A stretch of 64,000 bases of DNA, from positions 18,476,001-18,540,000 of the forward strand of contig OZ024740.1 in NCBI GenBank assembly GCA_964016885.1, read 5' to 3'. The notes below the pieces were generated by a model. The model did no database searches, was not told where the DNA came from, and saw nothing but the letters and a program-made list of their open reading frames with translations. Positions 39,045-50,644 of the stretch are shown in pieces. The stretch's first letter is position 1. Each line of letters opens with the position of its first letter. Source of the stretch: Eledone cirrhosa. Its lineage: Eukaryota. Both the position numbers and the translations under genes were made by a program.

Positions 39045-42000
39045 TTTTATTCTGGTTTTATAATTTCACAAATTTTTTCCCAATAGAGAGAGAGTCGGTT
39101 TCTAACATAGACACAAGACTCTCTCATTGGAATTTACACATCAACTAGGTAGATATGTATGCATGTCTGCATGCATGCATGTGTAGGTATGGATGTTATT
39201 GTATGTGTGGATGTGTATGTTTTGAGTTGTATGTGTGCATGTATATATGCTTAGTATCTGTACATGTGTATATGCAGTTAATAGATGCAGAAGTTTTGGA
39301 ATGTTTTACATATTTTTACTGTTCGATGGATTGTACTTGTGATTTCCTAACTAGTTGTGTTCTTTCTGTTTCTGTGAAGCCCAGCTTCTCAAGATTTGTA
39401 TTGAGGCAGTTACTAACATATCCCAGTACCCCAATAATCACAGGTATAAATCTGAAGGTATAGTCAAGGTGGAGTATCTGCAGATTTCTCATTAGTTCTG
39501 TATAAATGTATAAATGCAATATAGAGAGAGTCGGTTTCTAACATAGACACAAGTTTTTCATCCATGGATTCACTGCGATGCTGCTGAGCGACATCCCTGG
39601 GTGTGAGTTTTTGATTATCACACAGGGAATATCTCTCTAGGAGTTCCTTCCCAACTCTCATGATCTTATCTGTTTCTTGCAGATAGACTTGCTCGAGAAA
39701 CGGGCTCCTACGCTTCGAGGTTCGTAGATGTTGTCGAAGAGATATGATGCGACATTCAAATGTTGTCTGGACTGATGTTAGGCCTCTGCCCCCCCTGCTT
39801 ACGTTTCAAGTAAAGGCGGTCTATATCACTGTTGATGTGGAAGTTTCCGGTGTTGTTTAGTATTTTTCGAGTTCCAACATCAACTGCTCGGATTTCGTCT
39901 ATCGTCCAATTGAGTATTCCAAAAGTTGGTGTTAGGACAGGCACAGCAAACACATTGTGAGCCACTGTTTTGTTTTGCGCTGAGAGTTCCGATGACCAAA
40001 TCTTTCTTAATCGGGTGTAGTATTCCCTGGTTACGCGTTCCTTATTACAGAAACCATTATAGGATATGTTCTCATCTATTCCCAGGTATCTGTAGCAGTC
40101 CTCATCAGATATCGGTGAAACAGTTAGGCCATTGATGACAATGTTGCTAGATTGGGTTGTTGTTTTTCTCCGCTTTAAAGTCATGTATGAGCGTTTATCT
40201 TGGCCAAAGTCCATTCATATATCCTTTGAGAACGTTGTAACCAGGTCAAGATTTTTCTTCACCTCATCCATGTTCTTGGCATAGAGTTTCAGATCGTCCA
40301 CAAAGAAATTATGGGTTAGGTTCGTATTTCTGTTCTCCTGTGAGCCAATGATGTATCCCTCACATTCTTTGAGCAGAAAGGACAAGGGGTTTAATGACAA
40401 GATGAATAATATCACAGAGAGACTGCCTCCCTGAAATATACCCCTGCGATATTTTATTTTATCAGTGAAAATAGAGTCCTCCCTCTCTGTCTTTAACCTT
40501 AGGATAGTAGCCCAAGAAGAAGACAGCTTCTCTATGGCTCTGACAATAATGTCTGGGACTTTAGCAAGTTGGAGGGCCTCTATCATCCAAGAGTGGGGAA
40601 CAGAATCGAAAGCTTTCCTGTAGTCCACCTAGACTGTAGCCATATTCCTCCTAAGTTGTCGCACCTCCGACATCGCAGTTTTGTTGATTAGGAGTTGTTC
40701 AGCACATCTCCAAACCCCTTTCTTTCCAGCTGCTTGTTCATCTGTGATGATGTTATTATTTTCACAGTGATCTTGGAGGAATAGGTTCAGGCAGGCTGTA
40801 TACATCTTATACATCAGGTTCTGGCATGCAATGGGTCGGTAGTTTTTTTGCCAAGTGGGTGTCTTTGTTCTTGGCGACCAGTAATGTTTGTGCTAATGTC
40901 AACCATTCTGGTATAAGTGTATCTCCATTAAGAACTTGTTGGTAGAGGTCAGTAAGATACCTCCGATAGAATATCAGTTTTTTGTACCAGTAGCCGACAA
41001 TCATGTCTCTTCCTGGTGTTTTCTTATCTTGGAGTTTTCCTATCACAGTCTCAAGGGTACGCTCACTTATTTCGTATGTTTTTTTTGTAGTGTCGGAGCA
41101 ATAGTTCTTTCGGATTTCTCTTAGCCACACTGCATCTTGGTTGAAATTCTTCTTTTCACCCCATATTTTGCTCCAAAAGGAATCTATGTCTTTCTGGGAT
41201 GGGGCCTCAGTGACACTTATTATTTTGTTCTTCATATCTCTATAGACTGATGTTTGGTTTCGTCTGAATCTTTTATTTCGTCTGAATCTTTTATCAAGCA
41301 CCTTTCTCTCATCTACCTTCTTCAGGTATCAGCGTTTTTCGCTAACAGTCTCAATTCTTGTTTGAGGTGATCAGCTTATATTGGAAAGTTCTGGTTCTAC
41401 TGTTACCAAACACCGTCTCTATTTTATTTTTCACTCTTTGTTGGTGAGGAGTGAGGTATTTTTGTGTTTGTTTGCATGTAAGGAGCATTGTCACATATCC
41501 TATGGTTTTTTCGTAGGTCAGCAATCTTTTTTTCTATTTTAGTTATATATGATGGTATTTTTGTTGGTGTTTTGTTCTTGTCAATATCTCTGCTATCACC
41601 AAGATAATGCTTCACTGTCGTTGCTAGGACATATAAACAGGCGTTGATTTGCCAAAATGTTGGGGTTTTTATCCGTCGTAAATATTCATCCCCTATTTCG
41701 TCAATAACACGTAATATTTCATTATTTGTTTTTTCAAATCCCGCCGAGGTTAACTTTGCCTTTCATCCTTACGGGGTCGATAAAATAAAGTACCAGTAAT
41801 GTACTGAGTAATTGCTGGCCTTGTGCCAAAAGTAGAAACAATTATTTGTTGTTTTTTTTATTAAACATTGTTGTTTTAATACGTTCAGCAAGAGAAATAT
41901 TTATACATGAATTAATTTCTCTCTGGAAGATTTCGTTGAGGGAAATTTTCAATTGTTTATAGTTTTGAATATTATCATTATCAATAGTATTTTCCACAAC

Positions 42001-42768
42001 AGTCGAGGTAGACTCGGATGGTATACGTGGTGTCAAATTTCTTCGATTATTATTATTATTTCTTCGATTATTATTATTATCGATAGTGTTTTCCCCAGCA
42101 TTCGAGGTAGACTTAGATGGTACAGGTGGTGTCAAGTTTCTTACAGGCATAGTTGTTTCAAGGCGCTGTTCGACCTGGCTGCTAGGAAGTCTAGCACCTG
42201 AAGCACGTGTTGTTGATAACATGTTTGTTGTTGGGGACTTACAATTAATAATATTTATCTTATTTTTACGTTCAACAAACGTCGCTTGTTGGAGTAATTG
42301 TTTCGCTGTGAAATAATTTAGCTTTGGGTGCATTTCGTGCCAGTGTAGCTTCATTCTATTCATATAGCCAATGGAGGGATTGTTTTTTGCCATTTCATAA
42401 CAATTAAGTAAATCATTATTAAGTTCGCAACTCCAAGAGAAATGCGATTTATAATTTCGGTTTCTTCTGTAGCTACAACTGAATAAAGTTTGTTTACCTT
42501 TCTTGTTGTTTGTCTTCGATACTTCCTTAATTTTGTTGTTGATGTTGTGTTCAGCCATACTGTTTGTAGCAAATCCTTGTAAAATGAATTATGTATATAG
42601 TCGGATATCTCTACGAATTCGAATAAAAGGTGTCTTCAGAAGATATAGTTAGAAGAATAACCAGTTATTCAACATGACTGTAGTTGTGGCATTACTGTCG
42701 GAGATAGTATTCATCTTAAATTTAATAAATAGTCTCCCACGCCACAATATACGACTGATCGCGTTGAC
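39045..42768 (-). mobile_element. Near full-length R4/Dong-like element, decayed
   Basis: DYRKAFDSVPH, RGIFQGGSLS..LF, THNFFVDDLKLY, YRYLGI; the 3' UTR matches the copies at 36319 and 42863; the CCHC/RLE region is deleted. Confidence 0.88.
41734..41840 (+). mobile_element. 5'-truncated SINE inserted in the R4-like element
   Basis: tcaaatcccgcc...agtagaaaca; ATTATTTGTT duplicated at 41721-41730 and 41841-41850. Confidence 0.85.
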
Positions 42769-42862
42769 TGTATGTATGTATGTATGTATGTATGTATGTA
42801 TGTATGTATGTATGTATGTATGTATGTATGTATGTATGTATGTATGTATGTATGTATGTATG

Positions 42863-43463
42863 TTCTTCTGGTTTTATAATTTCACAAAGTTTTACCAATA
42901 GAGAGAGAGTCGGTTTCTAACATAGACACAATACTCTCTCATTGGAATTTACACAACATCAACTAGGTAGATATGTATGTATGTCTGCATGCATGCATGT
43001 GTAGATATGGATGTTATTGTATGTGTGGATGTGTATGTTTTGAGTTGTATGTGTGCATGTGTATATGCTTTGTATCTGTACATGTGTATATGCAGTTATT
43101 AGATGCAACATTTTTGGAATGTTTTACATATTTTTACTGTTCCATTAATGGATTGTATTTGTAATTTCCTAACTTCTCAAGATTTGTATTGAGGCAGTTA
43201 CTAACATATCCCAGTGCCCCAATAATCACAGGCATAAATCTGAAGGTATAATCAGGGTGGAGTATCTGCAGATTTGTCATCAGTTTTGCATAAATGTTCT
43301 CCTTTTCACTAATCTTTGATATTATATTGGCATCTGCTGGGCAGCTAACTTCCACTACTATGCATGCTTTCTTCTCCCCGTCCCATATCATAATATCTGG
43401 TCTGTTGTGCCTGCATTTTATTGGGGTTTTTACTGGAACATTCCACCAGTACTGTGTCATATT
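42863..43463 (-). mobile_element. R4/Dong-like 3' fragment with RLE motif
   Basis: HNRPDIMIWD...IVVEVSCP...KISEKENIY; (TATG)n on both sides. Confidence 0.88.
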
Positions 43464-43684
43464 ATGTATGTATGTATGTATGTATGTATGAAATGAACAT
43501 TTACAACAATAACAACAGCGGCATCAAATGATAAAAATAAAAAAAAACAAAAAAATTCAAAATAACAAAACACACACACACACACGCACACAACACAACA
43601 ACAACATCAACTGCCACCACCACCACTACCGCCGCCGCCATCACCATCACCAGCGACCGGGCCTTAAGAAAACAACTTTAATAA

Positions 43685-43835
43685 TAATTTTTCTGCTTTT
43701 GGCACGGATCCAGCGACTGGCCCAGCGCATCACTGGTACTCTCTTTTGTTGACTCCGTGAGGATGAAAGGCAAGGTTGACCTCGGCGGGATTTAAGCTCA
43801 GAGCGTGGAGAGCCATAACTCTATGCTGTAAAGCA
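43685..43835 (-). mobile_element. Diverged SINE copy
   Basis: ggatgaaaggcaaggttgacctcggcgggattt. Confidence 0.75.
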
Positions 43836-43938
43836 ATTATAGTAATACTGGACTGTAATACGATCGGCTTCAACTATACAAACTCTTGAAAGTCAACAGT
43901 TGACATAATCTTGTAATCTTGTATCAGTAATGACGGTA

Positions 43939-43975
<37 letters not shown>

Positions 43976-44102
43976 AGTAGAGTAGCGTGTGTGTGTTTGT
44001 TTGTATGTATGAGTGTTGCTGTGTGCGCGCATATGTATGCGCGTGTGTGTATGTCGTACGTATAAGTGTCAATAAGTGATTTTTTTTTTGATTTTTTTTG
44101 CG

Positions 44103-44398
44103 CGGGGACATAGAAATAATCGGGCTGGATGCCTGATCGCGCAGTTAAACCACTGGGAGTGAAGAACCCCTAGCCCTTGTCAGGGCATTCTTCTAGGAGA
44201 AGGCATCTCAGGAAACTGGGTTAACTCCGACATAAAACCTGCGGCTCAGTAGTTACCGATGATGTTGATTTTTTCTTCTTTTCGGGTTATAGCTACTGTC
44301 GCTCAGAGAGTGGGATTGGCTCAGTGCACAGTCTTTCCTCACTTTAAAAATATTCGTCACGCACAGGCATTGCACGAGTGCATTAATAATTATTAATA
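44103..44398 (+). mobile_element. 5' part of a (TATG)n-tailed non-autonomous element (3' part at 48810-48900)
   Basis: Colinear with the uninterrupted copy at 37995-38290. Confidence 0.7.
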
Positions 44399-44406
44399 GT
44401 GTACTA

Positions 44407-44437
<31 letters not shown>

Positions 44438-44467
44438 TATTATTACTTTTTTTTTTTTTCCAATTCA

Positions 44468-47400
44468 ATGATGTTCCAGAACAATATAAAAGAGATAATT
44501 GGCAATTTAGGTTCTGGAACAAAAAAGATCATTGGCAATAAGAGCAGGGGCCCCAGGTTATCACAGCCTGGGCCCGCTCGTCATCGTGCCATTGTAATAG
44601 AGCCAAACAAGGCATTTAGTCTTGGCTGCTGGAACGTACGGACGCTGCTTGACAGGGATTCCTTGGAGCGTCCTGAACCAAGGACCGCTCTTGTTGCAAA
44701 GGAGCTTCGACGTTACGATCTTGACATCGTGGCTTTGTCTGAGACGAGGTTAGCTGGAGATGGTCATCCTACGGAATTTTGTGGAGAATATACATTCTTC
44801 TGGAAAGGAAGAGATGAAGGAACCAGAAGAGAGGCTGGGGTAGGATTTGCTGTTAAGACTGTACTTGTGAACAAATTAGAAGAATTCCCAGTAGGGATTA
44901 GTGAGCGTCTTATGTCCATGAGAGTTCCGCTGGACAAGGGAAGATATGCTACCCTGGTGAGTGTGTATGCTCCAACTATGAGTTCTGTCGATGAGGAAAA
45001 GGTGTCCTTTTACCATGCCTTGAAAGGTGTTTTAAGAAATATCCCTCAGACAGACAAAGTCATCGTGCTTGGTGACTTTAATGCTAGAGTGGGTAGGGAT
45101 TTTAACACATGGAATGTAATCGGAAAGCATGGGGTGGGAAAGGGTAACAGCAATGGTATGCTCCTGCTGCAGATGTGTGAGGAGCTGGATCTGTGTGTTA
45201 CCAACACCATGTTCCAACAAAAGAACAAATTCAAGACCACATGGATGCATCCTGCATCTAAGGAATGGCATCTTTTGGATGACGTCCTAGTCAGGATGCG
45301 TGACAGACAGGATGTGCAGTGTGTTCGTGTTCTTCGTGGAGCTGAGTGCTGGACGGACCACCGCCTGGTACGCGCAAAAGTGAAACTAATCACTAAACGT
45401 AAAATCCGGGCTCCTGGTGTTGCCCTGCCCAAAAGATTGAATGCTGCTCGTCTTAAGGATAAAAATGTGAAGAGGACATTGGAAGAAGAGATGCAGGCTG
45501 CAGATCTTGGTGAGGATTGGCCTACCCTTAAAAAGTCGGTTTATGATTTAGACAGGCGTGTTCTGGGATTGGCGCAGAGGAAACATCAGGACTGGTTTAA
45601 TGAGAATGATGTACATATAGAAGACTTGTTGGCTGATAAGAGGCGTGCTCTGTCACGCTACTTGACGGCAAAACCACAGGAGAGGAATACGTTGAATGAG
45701 GAACTCAGGGATGTAAAATCACGTGTTAGGCGGAGTCTTTCTCAGATGAAGGATCAGTGGTGGAGTGAGAAGGCTGGTGAGATACAAACTGCGTCTGATT
45801 CCAATAACACAAAGCTGTTGTACAGTCTCTTGCGTGAGGTTTATGGACCGTCTTCTTCTCTGGTGACACCGCTTCGCAGCAAGGATGGCAAAGAACTTCT
45901 TCGTGACTCACAAGGAATTCTACGAAGGTGGCGAGAGCACTTTGATGATCTTTTGAATCAGCCGTCTGTCGTCAGTGAAGATTTCCTCAATCTCATTTCA
46001 GAAAGTCCTGTGAAAGTAGCTCTCGCAGAACCTCCGACGCTTGTGGAGGTTGCAGTGGCTATTTCGAAGCTGAACAGTGGAAGATCTCCAGGTATGGATG
46101 GCATACATGCTGAGCTCCTACAATATGGTGGTGAGAGACTCCTGCAACATCTTCACTCTTTGTTTGGCAGGATATGGGCTAATGAATCCGTACCTGAGGA
46201 CTGGAGAGATGCAGAAATGGTGGTCTTGTACAAGGGAAAGGGTAACAGGAACAATTGTGGGAACTACAGAGGTATATCATTGCTTTCTGTCGTAGGGAAA
46301 GTTTTATGTAGGGTGCTTCTGGAGCGTCTGCTGACACACATTGCAGATTGTGTTCTTCCTGAAAGTCAATCTGGTTTTCGTGCTGGACGCGGCACTACTG
46401 ATATGATATTCTCAGCTAGACAGCTCCAAGAGAAGTGCATGGAACAAGGCTTGGATCTGTATCAGGTTTTTGTCGATCTGACAAAAGCTTTCGATACTGT
46501 TAACAGAGATGCATTATGGAAGGTTCTCCAGAAACTTGGTTGCCCTGATAAGTTCCTTGCTTTAGTTAGGTCTTTCCATGACGACATGAAGGCTTGGGTT
46601 AATGTCGGGGGTAACATGTCGGAGCCTATCTCAGTAAAAAATGGAGTGAAACGGGGATATTCCAGCACCGACCCTGTTTGCCATATACTTTGCAATGGTT
46701 TTCTGTATTGCATTCAGGAATTGCGAGCATGGTGTTTACATCCGATATCGAACCTCAGGCAGCATATTTAACATCAGGCGCTTTGCTGCGAAGACAAAAG
46801 TATTTACATCAATCATAAGAGACCTCTTGTATGCAGATGATTGCGATCTTGTAGCGCACACAGAGAGTGATATGCAGCACATTTTGAATGCATTTTCTGA
46901 CGCTTGCACTGCCCTAGGTCTGACTGTCAGTCTCAAGAAAACCGTCGTCATGTACCAACCCGCCCCTGGTAAGCAGTACACTGAACCAAACATCTATGTG
47001 TATGGCAAACGACTTGGAGTGGTTGATCAGTTTGTCTACCTGGGAAGCACTGTCAATCGATACAGCAACCTTGACAGTGAAATCTCACTTAGGATTGGGA
47101 AAGCAAGTGATGCTTTCGGAAAGCTAGAAAGCCGACTCTGGGATCGGCGAGACATATGCAGGAGGACAAAGGTAAAGGTGTACAGGGCATGTGTGCTCTC
47201 TTGTCTTCTTTATGCCTGCGAGACCTGGGTCACATATCGACACCACCTTAAGCAATTGGAGCGTTTCCATCAGATGTGTCTCAGACGGATCCATGGCGTT
47301 CACTGGAGGGACCACATCAGTGATGTCGAGATTTTGGAAAGCTCTATGTGTGACAGTATAGAAGCTCTTGTGCTTAAGCAACGACTCGGTTGGAGTGGTC

Positions 47401-48011
47401 ACCGTGCCAGGATTAAGGATTCTAGAATACCAAAACAACTCTTTTATGGAGAGTTGGTTAAAGGAAAACGACCGCCACATAAACCAAAAAAGAGGTATAA
47501 GGATTCCTTGAAAGCCTCTCTGAAAGACGCTAACATCTCTGCTGATACATGGGAGAATATTGCTGCTGATCGTAATAAATGGAGAAAGACTGTATATGAG
47601 GGAAAAGTTGCCTTTGAGGCATCTCGAATCGCATACGAGAAAGTAAAGCGGGATGTGAGGAAGGGCATTGCTGTTGCACTTCCAGACGGCGAGGGTCCTC
47701 CTATGGTGCTGACATGCAGCGTATGTGCGAGACTCTGCCTAAGCAAAGCTGGACTCGAAAGTCATCTTCGCAGTCATAAAGTAAGACCAGTGGTTGACTA
47801 CCAGGCTGCTGTTGGAGATACTACTCATCATGCTTGCCAAACATGTGGTAGAGAATGTAAATCAGCAGGAGGGCTCAAGCGACATGCAAAAGTACACGAA
47901 CTCCAACCACAGCCGACTATTCCCAGTGAATGTTTTGGTTGCCGACTCTGTGCAAGACATTTTAGATCATTGGCTGGGCTAAAAAGCCACATTCGATCGC
48001 AGCGCTGTTAG
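44468..48011 (+). pseudogene. Near-intact RTE/BovB-like LINE ORF: APE + RT + 3 C2H2-type fingers; single frameshift at ~46652
   Basis: GCWNVRTL, ALSETR, YAPT, GDFNARVG, WTDHRL, FVDLTKAFDTV, LLYADD; adding 1 nt in GTGAAACGGGGAT restores VK(Q)GDIPAPTLFAIYF. Confidence 0.94.
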
Positions 48012-48284
48012 TTGCTATCGCGCGTGTGTGTGTGTGTGTGTAGATATGCTTGTGTGTGCGTGTGTGTGTATATATATATATGTATATGTATATTATTATT
48101 GTTGTTGTCGTTATTATTATTGTTGTTATTATTATTATTATTATTATTATTGTTATTAATGTATGTGTGTGTGTATATGTGTGTGTGAGTATGTGTGTGT
48201 GTGTGTGTGTATATATGTATGTATACGTGTATATATATATATATATATATATTTCTCTTTTTTTTTAAATTTTTATTTTCTTTT

Positions 48285-48338
<54 letters not shown>

Positions 48339-48344
48339 GTTGTT

Positions 48345-48706
48345 ATTCCTTGAATCTCAGTCATTGATGTTGGTTAACTGGAAAGTCCGTTGGAATGAAT
48401 ATCAAGCCACTACCTGCAGCCTCAGATATTCAGGACGTATCGGAGGGTTCTTGCTGTTCCAAGCAAGCATGCCTTTTGAAGCGTTCCAAAAAGCGTGAAG
48501 GGGCCGATTTTCTTTAACCATCCCTGGAAACTTTTGGAGATAGTCCCCAGTGCGCCTATGACAATCGGAATCACTTTGACTTCATGGCAGTTCCAAATCC
48601 TTTTCACCTCCCACTTTAGGTCCTGGTATCGGTTAATTTTCTCCCTCTCTCCTTCTCTTGCACTCTCGTGTCGAAAGGGCAGGCCACATCCACAATCAGA
48701 CACGAT
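48345..48706 (-). mobile_element. Second R4/Dong-like family, 3' fragment in (TAT)n
   Basis: CLIVDVACPFD...KINRYQDLKWEVKRIW...PIVIGALG...LQKACLLGTARTLRYVL; (TAT)n on both sides. Confidence 0.85.
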
Positions 48707-48708
48707 CT

Positions 48709-48798
<90 letters not shown>

Positions 48799-48900
48799 TT
48801 TTCTTTCTCCTCGTGCAATGGCCATACTCGATAACGAGGGGGCAGCCATCATGTATGTATGTATGTATGTATGTATGTATGTATGTATGTATGTATGTAT

Positions 48901-49521
48901 GTCAGGTCACCAGTTGGTGCTACTGGTAACATGTATCCCAGTACAACCTGTCTCATGGTCGGGTCATTGGCGACTAAACTGGCAACCCCACCAAGGTTTC
49001 TTGGTGAGGATGGTGACTTTGGACATCCTGGAGGACTAAACAAAACCTGTCAAAGGGCAAAGGAGCTCTTAAGAGTCAATGGCCATCCAAAATCACCGGG
49101 AGAGATGACCCCTTAGCCTTTGTCAAGGTAGAATTCTAGGAGAAGGAAAACTCTGTTATAACACCTGCAACCCTGATGGTATCCAATGATGTTGACTTGT
49201 TCTTCTTTTTGGTAAATATCATCTTGGTTAAGAGAGTGTGACTGGCTTTGTGCAGTGCCTTTGCTCACTATAAAAGCTTCACGGCACAGGCATTGCTTTG
49301 TATCTGGAGATCTCTCTGCACTTGTCGTCATATGGTACCATGGGCCCAGCACTATGTGTCAATAATTGTCACAACTGTAGTGTTTGTACCAGAGTTTTCA
49401 TGTCGCTGGCTTGACTAAAAGGTCACACTTGTTCAGCGCATCGGTAGGGGTTCTCCTACATGGATAGAAAGTAGTGGCCGTACTCGAAAACGAGTTGGCA
49501 GCCACCATGTATGTATGTATG
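48901..49521 (+). mobile_element. ~610-bp non-autonomous retroelement, (TATG)n on both sides
   Basis: Second copy of 26967-27578. Confidence 0.85.
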
Positions 49522-50504
49522 TTTTCATTAGAGAAATTTAATGAAACTGGCAGCTTTTGCTTGTTAAGGATGAAGCCAACTTGTTATGCAGTAGAATTAT
49601 TTCAGCATATAATCCGTCCCTATCTGTGACCAAGTGCCATTCTACTTTTAATCTCTCTTTCTATTTTCTGTGCTCATCTTTAAAGTAAAACATAGAATAA
49701 ATGTTCAAATCTCAACTATAATAAAGTAAGGACTGCGGGACTGCGTACGGTTTATAATTTTTTTTATTCCATTAGTAAAATAAGTTGGATTACTTTGAAT
49801 AAATAATGAATGAATATTACATAATTTATCTACTAAATTTTGTGGCTGTTGATTAAATATATTTTATTGTTTATTTAACGATTCACCTCTTGAACATTTT
49901 CAAATGTCAACACTTCCGGTTAGCGATCGCTTAAATAAACATTCACATATTTCCGTCACTAATTTTCTCCTAATGCAGTTTATATATAATATCGTCTTTT
50001 TTTAATGTATCATGGATTACGTTACTGATTAAATAAAACAGTGCAACATAGTCTTCATTCAATTACGATTTTATTTGATGTATCATATCTACATGCATAT
50101 ATACTTGCGTGGTTTTCTGCTAGTCTAGTTTAATCTTTTTTCATTGTTCCTTTGTTAATCATTCGACAAGATCCCAGACCTCGTTCACTTCTGGAATTAG
50201 ACCAGGGAAGCAATGTTTCTATTGCTTTCTCCATTGTTGAAACTATCAACTAGTGGTAACTCCTGACAGAAAGAGCAACGTCAAATAATGTCTTGCTGAA
50301 GGACATAGCACATAGCCCGGTCTGGGAACGGAACTCGCAACCTCAAGATAGCAAACCCAATTCTCTAATCACTAAACTACGTTTAGTGTTATATTGTCCC
50401 CCATCTTCTGTATATGCCAGTTTTAATATTTATATTTCACATCAGTACAGTACATAGAAATTATATTACTATTGTTGGAGATTTTAGTTTTTAAACAACT
50501 AGCC

Positions 50505-50644
50505 CAAAGGCGTGCAACAGGCGGCCCGCGGGCCACAACCCGGCCCGCCACACCAGTCAGAGTGGCCCGCGATGACCGTTTTTAATTTTTACCTTGTAGA
50601 TTTTATTTAGAATTTTTTCGTAACCGTAATACAATTTTCTGTTA
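50505..50644 (+). mobile_element. hAT (Charlie-like) non-autonomous transposon end
   Basis: GC-rich subterminal motifs CGGCCCGCGGGCC...CCGGCCCG...TGGCCCGCGA resemble hAT-Charlie MITE ends; the other end is not in the window. Confidence 0.6.

Noticed and set aside
38221-39148. MYVC/HTYI ORFs (and similar YI/CV/HT ORFs throughout)
   Set aside because: Microsatellite translations.
47700-48011. Host C2H2 zinc-finger gene
   Set aside because: In frame with the LINE RT and lacks TGEKP linkers.
48904-48985. HDV-like ribozyme at the 5' end of the 610-bp element
   Set aside because: P2-like (CCAGT/ACTGG), P4-like and CTAA parts are visible, but I could not build P1 or a proper P3/L3; needs an RNArobo/Infernal test on the consensus.
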